Both the position numbers and the translations under genes were made by a program. The notes beneath the pieces were generated by a model. That model had not been told where the DNA came from and did no database searches. It saw nothing but the letters and a program-made list of their open reading frames with translations. A stretch of DNA of 64,000 nucleotides. It comes from an uncultured Desulfovibrionaceae bacterium. Lineage in GTDB: Bacteria > Desulfobacterota > Desulfovibrionia > Desulfovibrionales > Desulfovibrionaceae. The stretch is taken from the NCBI GenBank assembly GCA_964371505.1, contig CAYJNG010000001.1, forward strand, positions 86 to 64,085, read 5' to 3'. Shown here piece after piece: positions 18,815-27,220 of the stretch; position 1 is the first letter of the stretch, and each line of letters opens with the position of its first letter.

Positions 18815-20167
18815 TTAGAAAGACCACACAATGCCAAGATTGGTCACGTGCTGGTCGTATTCATACAGCTCACTGGTGGAGGTGTTTTTAACGTATTGGT
18901 AGCCTAGCTCCACGCTCCATGCATCATGGATGGGAATGGTGACCGAAAGGCCTGTGGCTAGGCGATAGTCTCGGCGAAATTCATCTTCATGTGTGGTGGC
19001 AGGGGCGTGAAAATACTCGCCGCCATAGGAAATGAAGGGGGCAATGCTGATGTCATAATAGGGGAGCATAAAGGAAAATTTAAGGCTAGCTTCAAAACCG
19101 TCATAGCTATAGCGGGCTTGATCTGCAGCGGCGCCCATATAGCGCCCCCCAAGGGTTACGTGGGTGCCTTTTCCGCCAAAGAAAAAGCGCACATATTGCC
19201 CCGCAGAGCCGTACCAGCCATTATAGCCTTCATTGTTGGAATACATACGCCCGCTGATGTTGGCCTTGGTAATAAGGTGCACCTTAGGGCTTAGGGCATA
19301 CACTAACGTGCTTTCTGGCCCGAGCGCTACCACGTTTTGCTCAAAGCCGTAGTCAAAAACTTCGGCCTCAGCGCGTATTTCCCATAATACGCTGTCTGTA
19401 AGGTAACGCACACCGGCGGTGCCGCGTAACCATTCCGAACTGGAAAGGCCAAGGTCATACAAATCTTGATGGGCGTTGTAGCGTAAAAGAGTATTACCAC
19501 TGCCCACAAGCCACCAAGAACTTTCAGGGCTAAGTCTATAGGCAAGGTCTACAGAGCCGCCCACATAGGCACCAAAGCTTTCCTGGGCCTTTGCGTCAGA
19601 GAGGGCAAAGTCTCGCCGGCCAAGGGAAATTTCATTGGAGGCAGGGCCTGTGTTTACATTGCTATCGTACAGCATGCCCGCACGTAATTTGCCGCTTACT
19701 TGAAGGCGTTGATTTTTCTTTTTCCACTGTTCGGTAATGTCGGCATGTTGTGTGCTGCTGCCTGAGGTATCTTTGGCCAATTCCATAACGGCACGTTGGC
19801 CATCGTTTTGCTGTTGTAAGGCTGTGGCTAGTTCCTGTAGGAGTACAGGCTCTGTGGGGTACTTGGCCAGCAAGCGTTCATAAGCCATGACGGCTTGCCC
19901 AGCTTTGCCGTGGCGCAGTGCAGCTCGCGCATAGCCAAGGTTTATAAGATCGTCTTGCGGCTCTGCACGCAAAAGCTTGCCGTAGGCGGCATAGGCAGCA
20001 GCAATAGAACCTTGTTCTAGTAATTGGGCAGCCTGAGCCTTACTTTGATGTATACTGCTGTGCGTGGCAGGCGGGGTAACGGTTTTACGTATTTCTTGGG
20101 CCATAGCCTCTTGCCCGCCACAAAGCAGACAAAGCGAAAGAAGGAGTAGGCAAAAGTTTTTTGACAT
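18815..20167 (-). CDS. Outer-membrane protein with an N-terminal TPR domain and a C-terminal beta-barrel (Slam / DUF560 / type XI secretion-like)
   Basis: Signal peptide MSKNFCLLLLSLCLLCGGQEAMA. About 130 aa are TPR-like (AAYAAYGKLLRAEPQD..., AVMAYERLLAKYP). About 290 aa show an alternating-hydrophobic barrel pattern starting GKLRAGMLYDSNVN and ending in the OMP signature ...GIVWSF. The start is uncertain (20167 or 20212). Confidence 0.6.
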   Translation of the reverse strand: MSKNFCLLLLSLCLLCGGQEAMAQEIRKTVTPPATHSSIHQSKAQAAQLLEQGSIAAAYAAYGKLLRAEPQDDLINLGYARAALRHGKAGQAVMAYERLLAKYPTEPVLLQELATALQQQNDGQRAVMELAKDTSGSSTQHADITEQWKKKNQRLQVSGKLRAGMLYDSNVNTGPASNEISLGRRDFALSDAKAQESFGAYVGGSVDLAYRLSPESSWWLVGSGNTLLRYNAHQDLYDLGLSSSEWLRGTAGVRYLTDSVLWEIRAEAEVFDYGFEQNVVALGPESTLVYALSPKVHLITKANISGRMYSNNEGYNGWYGSAGQYVRFFFGGKGTHVTLGGRYMGAAADQARYSYDGFEASLKFSFMLPYYDISIAPFISYGGEYFHAPATTHEDEFRRDYRLATGLSVTIPIHDAWSVELGYQYVKNTSTSELYEYDQHVTNLGIVWSF

Positions 20168-20569
20168 GAGGTGTTCCGCGAGTATTCTCCAGCCATGGCG
20201 CATTATAGGCATGGCATAGGGAGAGGTTATAGTCTAATGAGAGACCTCTACACAATTATTTTCAAATATAGTTTTGTGTCTAAATTTTGAAAATTTGTTC
20301 GAAGTGTAAAACAACGTGTGCAGAGGTAAAGACACAAAAACCAATCACTTAACGGCGAAGCAAAGCTACGCCTATTCTTGATTTTTGGTCGCATTGACTG
20401 TCGTCAACGCTCCATGAGACCCTACGTAATGAATTGCGCAGAGGTCTTAATGATGTGTCACTGTAGAATATATTAACCGGCTTGTAAAGATTGTAATAGC
20501 TTATAAAAATTATACTATGCCTTGCTTTGTAGGCGGTATAGTCCTACAGCTATAGCAGCATAAGGCGCG

Positions 20570-20598
20570 TTGACAAAGGTTCTTGTACTGCTTATTTC
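20570..20598 (+). promoter_or_regulatory. Candidate sigma-70 promoter for the MBL-GAF-HD-GYP gene
   Basis: TTGACA (20570-20575), a 17-bp spacer, then TATTTC (20593-20598), about 70 nt upstream of ATG 20671. This is pattern only. Confidence 0.3.
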
Positions 20599-20670
20599 TA
20601 ACGCATGATTTAGCGTTGCCGTATTTTTAGAAAATATTTTCTTTTTCATATTCTACACGGGATTATCTTC

Positions 20671-22737
20671 ATGCAAGTTCAGCTTTGGGGCGTGCGCGGT
20701 TCTTTAGGGAGTGGTTGCAGCTCTTCCATGCGCTATGGGTGCAATACCTCTTGTTACACCGTGGAGGCGCCGCAGTCTCCCTATATTATTTTAGATGCCG
20801 GTTCTGGCATTCGAGCCTTTGGCAGCGCCATTGCCAAGGCACCGCGTGTAAAAAAGTGCGTGATTTTTTTAACTCATGGTCACTGGGACCATGTGGCAGG
20901 TTTGCCTTTTTTTGAGCCCTTATATTTGAATGATTGGGATATTACCATTTATGCCCCTGAGGCCATAGGCGCATTGGAACCGCAAGCGTTTGTACAGCGT
21001 CTTTTTAATACCTCATTTTTCCCTGTGCCGTGGGAGCGCTTAAACTCTAAACCTAAGATATTGCCCTTGCATGAGGGGCAAGTGGTGGCTGTGGAAGGAG
21101 GTGTGCATGTTTCTGCGCATAAGGCCAGCCACGGCGGGCATGAAACGCAAGGGCTCTTTGCGGCGGCGTACCGTGTGGAGCATGAAGGCCATGCGGTATT
21201 TTATAGTGGCGACCATGAACTGGGAGAAAATCCGCAAGAGCTGGATTTGTCCTCTTCCTTTTTTACAGGCTTGCGCCATGCTGATGTGGCCATTTTAGAT
21301 GCGCAATATACGCTGGAAAATTATAAAAAGCATGTGGGGTGGGGGCATTCTGCCATGGAGCAATGGCCGCCCATTTTGCGCAAGCTAGGGGTAAAAACCT
21401 TTGTGCCCACGCATTACGCGCCAAGTTCTTCCGATGCCATGCTAGACACCATGTGCAGTAAACTCTTGGTGCAATTTCCTGAGCTGGAAACCTCCATGCG
21501 CATGGCTTATGAAGGGCTTATCTTTACCTTCCCGCAAGCAAGTAGCCATGTGAATGATTGCGCTCCGGGGGCGTGTAATTGTGAAAATTGCACCTTTTCC
21601 ACGGAGTTATCGCATACTCCGGATTTAAGCTCCGTCCTTGATAGCTTGCTCATGCGCGCCAGACAGTTGAGCAAGGCCGATGCCGGCACCATTTATTTGG
21701 TAGAAGATGACGAGCTTGTGTTTTCCTATTCGCATAATGATACGCTTTTTACCCATTCACAAGCGGCGCGGCAGCAATATTTAACGGCACGCTTGCCCAT
21801 GACGCCGCACTCCATTGCCGGCTATGTGGCTTGCCACGGCACTGTGTTAAACATTCCCAATGTGCGCTGCATACCGGAAGGCATGCCCTATGCCTTTAAT
21901 GATTCTTTTGACAAAAAAACAGGCTATTCCACTGTATCCATTTGTGCCTTGCCTTTATTTTCGCAGAAAAAAAAGCTTTTGGGCGTTATGCAAATTATTA
22001 ACTGCATGCATGAAAATGAGCCTGTGCCTTTTTCTTTTTCCATGGAGTCGGCCCTACGTGAAATTTGCTTCATTGGAGCTCAAGCCATTGAGCAGTCCTT
22101 GGTGACTAAGGATATGCTTTTACGCATACTAGAAACGGCTCGCTTGCGAGACCCCGACGAAACGGGCCCGCATGTGGTGCGCGTGGGGGCCATGGCGGCG
22201 GAATTATATCATCATTGGGCAGAAAAAAATGGTGTGGATATTGTTGAAATAGCAAGTATAAAAGCAAGTTTACGCTTGGCGTCCATGCTGCATGATGTGG
22301 GCAAGGTGGGCATTTCTGACCGTATTCTTAAAAAGCCTGGTGCTTTTACGGATGAAGAGCGTAAAATTATGCAAACCCATTGCGCCATAGGGGCTGCTAT
22401 TTTTAAAGATGTAACGCGCACCCTAGACAGACTTTCGGCCAGCATTGCCTTACATCACCATCAGCGTTGGGATGGCACAGGGTATACGGGTGATGATGCA
22501 CCCCCTCTTTCCGGAAAGGATATTCCCTTTGAGGCGCGTATAACGTCCATTGTGGATGTGTTTGATGCCTTGGTGTCGGAGCGTTGCTACAAGCCGCCCT
22601 TACCTTTTGAGGAGGCGGTGCGTATTATCCAAAGGGATGCCGGAGCTGCTTTTGATCCGGAAATGGTGCAATGTTTCATGGAAATTTTAGACACCATTCA
22701 GGCCATTCAGGAAAAATATCAAGAAGAGCCCGCGTAG
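20671..22737 (+). CDS. Multidomain signalling phosphodiesterase: MBL-fold hydrolase + GAF + HD-GYP-type HD domain
   Basis: The N-terminal domain has LTHGHWDHVAGLPFF (HxHxDH). The middle region is GAF-like. The C-terminal domain has MLHDVGK and HHHQRWDGTGYTG, an HD-GYP signature with GYT in place of GYP. Confidence 0.8.
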   Translation: MQVQLWGVRGSLGSGCSSSMRYGCNTSCYTVEAPQSPYIILDAGSGIRAFGSAIAKAPRVKKCVIFLTHGHWDHVAGLPFFEPLYLNDWDITIYAPEAIGALEPQAFVQRLFNTSFFPVPWERLNSKPKILPLHEGQVVAVEGGVHVSAHKASHGGHETQGLFAAAYRVEHEGHAVFYSGDHELGENPQELDLSSSFFTGLRHADVAILDAQYTLENYKKHVGWGHSAMEQWPPILRKLGVKTFVPTHYAPSSSDAMLDTMCSKLLVQFPELETSMRMAYEGLIFTFPQASSHVNDCAPGACNCENCTFSTELSHTPDLSSVLDSLLMRARQLSKADAGTIYLVEDDELVFSYSHNDTLFTHSQAARQQYLTARLPMTPHSIAGYVACHGTVLNIPNVRCIPEGMPYAFNDSFDKKTGYSTVSICALPLFSQKKKLLGVMQIINCMHENEPVPFSFSMESALREICFIGAQAIEQSLVTKDMLLRILETARLRDPDETGPHVVRVGAMAAELYHHWAEKNGVDIVEIASIKASLRLASMLHDVGKVGISDRILKKPGAFTDEERKIMQTHCAIGAAIFKDVTRTLDRLSASIALHHHQRWDGTGYTGDDAPPLSGKDIPFEARITSIVDVFDALVSERCYKPPLPFEEAVRIIQRDAGAAFDPEMVQCFMEILDTIQAIQEKYQEEPA

Positions 22738-22747
22738 CTTTTTCTGT

Positions 22748-24997
22748 TTAGTTTTTTTCTGTATAGCTCCATACGCCGTCCCATTGTTGTGGCGGTGCGG
22801 CTAAAAGCAAGGCAGAGCGTTGCGTGTATACCTTGTACAATAAGGTGTGCGGAAAGGCTTCATGTAAGTGCTGAAATATGTCATGGGCTTTTTGAAAATA
22901 GCCGCTTACATAGTGTTGCCTGCCTTCTAAAAATTGTTGTAGCTCTTCTTCCATGCTTGCCTTGTGACTTTGGGCAAGGGGCAAGCAAATTTCCACAGGT
23001 TGTTGTTTGCCTTTTACGCGAATGGCGTCAAGAGGAAGAAAATAAGGAACGCTTTCCGCAAGGGGAGCGTTTTTTTCTTGGGCATAGCTTTGGCAAAGCT
23101 GTGCTGTTTCTGCTGAGGTGAGAATGGGCACACCGTACACCGCGCAAAGGCTTTCAAGCCTTGCGGTAATGTTTACGCTATCGCCTATACAAGTATAATC
23201 CAAAAGCTCTGCGCTGCCCATATTGCCCACAAAAACCTTACCTGTATGTATGCCTATGCCTGTGCTAAAGGAGATATCAAGCTCTTTTTGTAAGGTTATA
23301 TTCAGTTCTGCGAGGGCGTTTTGCATGGCTAAAGCGCTGTTGACGGCGCGTAGGGGGTGTTGCTGCACAGGCAGGGGCGCGTTCCAAAAAGCCATGACAG
23401 AATCGCCGATGAATTTGTCCACCGTGCCTTCGTTGGCATGAATAATGGCGGTGATGGGAGTGAAATAGCGGTTCAGTGCATGAACCACTTCATGCGGCTT
23501 AAGACGCTCCGATAGCGAGGTAAAACCCCTAATGTCCGTAAAAAGCAAGGTGACTGTGCGCTCTTCACCTGCCAATACGGCTTCGCCTTTTTCCACAATG
23601 CGTTCCACCATATGCGGGGCAATATAGCGGGTAAATGCCGTACGTAGGGTGCGCTTTTGCTTTGCTTCTTGCCAAAAGCGTACAGCCAGTAACAACACAG
23701 CTTGCGAAAAAATAATAAGTAAGACGTATAAAGGAGAAAGGTATATACCGTCATTAAATGCGTCCCATGTGCCAAAAAGGATGAGGCAGGTAAGCGCCAC
23801 AAGCACAGGCATATAGGCCGATGCCGCCACCATGGCAAAAATAAGCGCCCCTACAATGCCTACACTTACCATGGCTGTTTTTTGGATTTTGGCATGGGAG
23901 GGAGGTATTTGTATAAAGCGCTGACTTAAAATAGCATCTATAACGGTGGCATGTATTTCTGCACCGGAGTAAATGGCGTCAAAGGGGGTGGGGCGAATAT
24001 CTAAAAGGCCGGGGGCTGAGGTGCCCACAATAAAAACGCGATGTTGCAGTTTTTCAACAGGAATTTTTTTTTGCAAAATATCCACAGCGCTAAAGGTAGG
24101 ATAATAATGGCGTGGCCCGCGAAAGGGAATCATAAAGTAGCCGTTGGGGTTTACTGGTATGGTATATGTGCCCATTTTCAAGGAGCTAAGCCCCAAGGGG
24201 CCGCTGTTTAGCCCTATACTTTGCAGGCCCATGGCACGCATGAGCGTGCGCACCGATAAGGATAAGAAAATACGATCATCCACTTGCGTTAATAAGGGCA
24301 CGGAGCGGCTAATGCCGTCGGGGTCCGGCTCGGCATTGAGAGAGGCTAAAGGCGCCTTAGCGCGTAATGCAGCCAAAGGAAGGGTGACCCCTTGCCCTTT
24401 GGGTATGAAAGACGTGGCTGGTAAGCTATTTGGCGGGTTGTTCATCCATACCCCATCGGGGGGAGGCATATCTTGAGGAAGAGGGCTTACTTTGCCTTTA
24501 AATTGCGTAAAAGAACCTAATACCACAGGGCTTTGCGCTATGCTAGCCGCTAAAATGCTGTCATTATCATACATATGGGCGGGAATGCCCTGCAAGGGTA
24601 AGGGGATATTGTAATGCTGCTCAAAGGATTTTTGCACGTGGGTAAGGGAAGTATTATCCGGCTCGGAAAAAATAATATCAAGCCCAATGGCTGCGGCGCC
24701 GGCCTCGGTAAGATTATCCACTAACTTTGCCACCACATGACGTGGCCAAGGCCATTGGCCCACGGCGGCAAGGCTGGCATCGTCAATATCAATGAGTGCT
24801 GGCGCAGGGGAAGGCGTGCCGCCGCCATGAGCACGCAAGAAGATATCGTATATATTTCTATCGGCTTGTTGCAAAAGTGTAGGTTGCACCATGTATAGGG
24901 CAAAAAAAAGACTAAGTATGCCAAGGCCAAGGCCAAGGCGCAGACCCCTTTCGCGAAAGGTACGAGATGTTTTGCCTTTTATATCCAATATGCCCAT
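22748..24997 (-). CDS. CHASE2-domain membrane-bound class III adenylate/guanylate cyclase
   Basis: An N-terminal TM helix, a periplasmic domain of about 330 aa, then three TM helices. The cyclase core reads LLFTDIRGFTSL, DKFIGDSVMAFW, GIHTGKVFVGNMG and IGDSVNITARLES. The Lys (DKFIGD) and Asp (LDYTCIGD) suggest ATP specificity. The start is set at ATG 24997, which has AAGGA upstream. Confidence 0.85.
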   Translation of the reverse strand: MGILDIKGKTSRTFRERGLRLGLGLGILSLFFALYMVQPTLLQQADRNIYDIFLRAHGGGTPSPAPALIDIDDASLAAVGQWPWPRHVVAKLVDNLTEAGAAAIGLDIIFSEPDNTSLTHVQKSFEQHYNIPLPLQGIPAHMYDNDSILAASIAQSPVVLGSFTQFKGKVSPLPQDMPPPDGVWMNNPPNSLPATSFIPKGQGVTLPLAALRAKAPLASLNAEPDPDGISRSVPLLTQVDDRIFLSLSVRTLMRAMGLQSIGLNSGPLGLSSLKMGTYTIPVNPNGYFMIPFRGPRHYYPTFSAVDILQKKIPVEKLQHRVFIVGTSAPGLLDIRPTPFDAIYSGAEIHATVIDAILSQRFIQIPPSHAKIQKTAMVSVGIVGALIFAMVAASAYMPVLVALTCLILFGTWDAFNDGIYLSPLYVLLIIFSQAVLLLAVRFWQEAKQKRTLRTAFTRYIAPHMVERIVEKGEAVLAGEERTVTLLFTDIRGFTSLSERLKPHEVVHALNRYFTPITAIIHANEGTVDKFIGDSVMAFWNAPLPVQQHPLRAVNSALAMQNALAELNITLQKELDISFSTGIGIHTGKVFVGNMGSAELLDYTCIGDSVNITARLESLCAVYGVPILTSAETAQLCQSYAQEKNAPLAESVPYFLPLDAIRVKGKQQPVEICLPLAQSHKASMEEELQQFLEGRQHYVSGYFQKAHDIFQHLHEAFPHTLLYKVYTQRSALLLAAPPQQWDGVWSYTEKN

Positions 24998-25169
24998 GAA
25001 TAGTCCTTTACATACATAAAAACCCATGTGGCTGTGCTTTGGCACAGCTTTATTGCGGTTAAAGTCTCACGGAGCATGGAGGCCAGTCAATGTAAAAAAA
25101 GCGTAGCAAGCATGGCCTGAGGCACCTTATACTTAGGCGCTAAAATGTGTAAAAAATACGTATAATAAA

Positions 25170-26276
25170 TTATGTGTTAAGAACTTCATGCCTTTTTACA
25201 CAGTTTTTACACAAATTTGTGGTGGGATTTCCTGCGGCATGCTGAGCGCGAAATTGTATATAATTTTCCTTTTGCCAAATATGCAGGGCGTTTTCTTCAT
25301 TCACATTGCCAAAGAGGCATGTGCTATCTTGCGCCTTTTGTGAGGGTACTTGTAAATACACACAAGGGGAAATGCTACCTTGAGCACTTATGTATAAGCT
25401 TTTTTGAATGTTTTCACGGCAAGCGCGGGCCATATGGGGGCTTGGTAAGGCATAGTGTACGTCTATATGATACTCTTGAGCTTCGGCCTGCACCTTTTGT
25501 AAAAGAGCATGGGCTTTGGCTAAAAGAGCCTTTTGTTCAGGTGTGTCTTTGGCCGTGAGGGCTAAGGCCGCTTGGGCTGCATCGGGGGCGTAATCTAAGG
25601 TGCTAATGATGGCGGCGTGCATGCCAAGTTTGTGTAAAAGCTTGGGTAGAGCAAGCACAGCTTCAAGGCGATCTGCCAATAAAAGGTAGGCCAAGTGAAT
25701 TTCTAGATGTACGGCCATATGTTTTTTGCGCAGCTCTTGAAGCAATAAAATTTTTTCGCATACGGTATCAAAATCAGCCCCCACGCGTACGCTATTGCTG
25801 ATGGCGTCCGTGCCTGCCAAAGAAAAAGCCAGAATATCTATGCCGCTATCTATTATCTTTTTGCAGGTTTTTTCGTGCAAATGCAGGGCGCAAGATGTGG
25901 AGGATACAAGGCAGCCGGCTTTACGCGCAAAGGCCACAAAATCAAAGAAATGCGGGTGTAAGAAGGGTTCTCCCCATCCTTGCAAATGCACGCGCGTGCT
26001 TTGTTTAAGCAAGGGCCACAAATTAGCAAAGGTATGGGCTTGCATATGCTGGCCTTGCCATGTGTGGGCATCAGTGGTGTGTGGGCAGTATGTGCATTTT
26101 GCGGCGCATTGGGAGGTTATTTCCACTTGTAAACAGTCTAGTGGGCGCACTTGTGGTTTAAAGAGCTCTTTTATCATTTCTCCTATGCCGGCTTCCCGCA
26201 GCTCCTTATGGTGTAAAATGTCGCAGGGCTGTGCATAGTTTTGGTGTTGTGGCGATATGGGAAAGGTAAGTGGCAT
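25170..26276 (-). CDS. Radical SAM enzyme with a SPASM/twitch-like C-terminal Cys cluster
   Basis: CAAKCTYC (CX3CX2C), GWGEPF, and the C-terminal pattern ISPCVYL...FGNV...CKNCVK. Confidence 0.8.
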   Translation of the reverse strand: MPLTFPISPQHQNYAQPCDILHHKELREAGIGEMIKELFKPQVRPLDCLQVEITSQCAAKCTYCPHTTDAHTWQGQHMQAHTFANLWPLLKQSTRVHLQGWGEPFLHPHFFDFVAFARKAGCLVSSTSCALHLHEKTCKKIIDSGIDILAFSLAGTDAISNSVRVGADFDTVCEKILLLQELRKKHMAVHLEIHLAYLLLADRLEAVLALPKLLHKLGMHAAIISTLDYAPDAAQAALALTAKDTPEQKALLAKAHALLQKVQAEAQEYHIDVHYALPSPHMARACRENIQKSLYISAQGSISPCVYLQVPSQKAQDSTCLFGNVNEENALHIWQKENYIQFRAQHAAGNPTTNLCKNCVKRHEVLNT

Positions 26277-26285
26277 GGGTATTCC

Positions 26286-27218
26286 TTAAGAGAAAAGGCG
26301 GGCAAGCCAATGAGAAGGTTTTTTAGTTTTTTGTACGTCTGCAACGCGCCATGAGCTTTGTACCAGAGGGAGCAAAGGCTGTGCGCCCCATTTTTCTTTA
26401 AAAAAGCGTATGCCACTGTGTATGCCAAGGCCAAGATTGCATGAGCCATAGCCACGCTGTGCAGCCTCTTGTAATAAGGCCATAAGAAGAGCCTCGGCGG
26501 TGCCGGGTGTGGCCTTAGGGTGGCGAAAGGCAAACATGTAAAAAGCCGTGTGCAGTGAGGTGAAGTCTGCCACGGTGCAGCCCATAAGGGCGCCGCTGTG
26601 CACGTCATAGGCAGAAAATAAGCGCGCTTGCGCTACGTTGCGACAATACATTCCCACACGTTGAAAAATACTGCTCATTTCTTTACTGAGCCCTTGGCGG
26701 CTTACATAGTGGAGCATAAGTTCTTGGTGGGCCCCTGTCCATGCGTGCTCGCCTTGGCTTTGCTCTATGCGTAGGTGCGCTAAAGCACGGCGACACATGG
26801 AAAGCACATGGGGCAAGTTTTTTTCTTCTAGGGGCAGGGGTAAAAAATAATAGGCATCGTTATAGCAGGTTGTTTCATGCGGCGTACAATGAGGGTGCAA
26901 GGGAGGACGCAGGGGGGCAAGCACGGTAATATGCTCTATGTGCGGGCTTTGCTGCAAGTGCTGTATGCACAGATGTAGTTGGGCTTCATGGTCGGGTGCC
27001 AAGGAGAAGGCATGGGCAGGCCAAGATGAGCAATCGTAGGCCACAAGGGTGGCATGCCCTGCGTTTTCATGCACAAGAAAGTTACCCACGCTATAACTTG
27101 TGGCTGCGCTAACGGCCTGTACATAGGGTATAAGTTGTTCCGGCACCAAGGCTTGTAAGCTGTATTGCTGCGCATGCATGGCAGATAAAGGGGTATGAAG
27201 GGGGCTGTGCTGCGGCAT
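26286..27218 (-). CDS. FemABX/MprF-C (DUF2156)-like GNAT-fold protein, paralogue of the N-terminal half of the upstream gene product
   Basis: 310 aa. It shares DAYYFL and LGLGIHSGIRFFKEKWGAQP...SW with the 27221-29152 product. The G-x-x-FK-x-KWG ending resembles aa-tRNA-dependent transferases; this is recalled, not searched. Confidence 0.45.
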   Translation of the reverse strand: MPQHSPLHTPLSAMHAQQYSLQALVPEQLIPYVQAVSAATSYSVGNFLVHENAGHATLVAYDCSSWPAHAFSLAPDHEAQLHLCIQHLQQSPHIEHITVLAPLRPPLHPHCTPHETTCYNDAYYFLPLPLEEKNLPHVLSMCRRALAHLRIEQSQGEHAWTGAHQELMLHYVSRQGLSKEMSSIFQRVGMYCRNVAQARLFSAYDVHSGALMGCTVADFTSLHTAFYMFAFRHPKATPGTAEALLMALLQEAAQRGYGSCNLGLGIHSGIRFFKEKWGAQPLLPLVQSSWRVADVQKTKKPSHWLARLFS

Positions 27219-27220
27219 AG

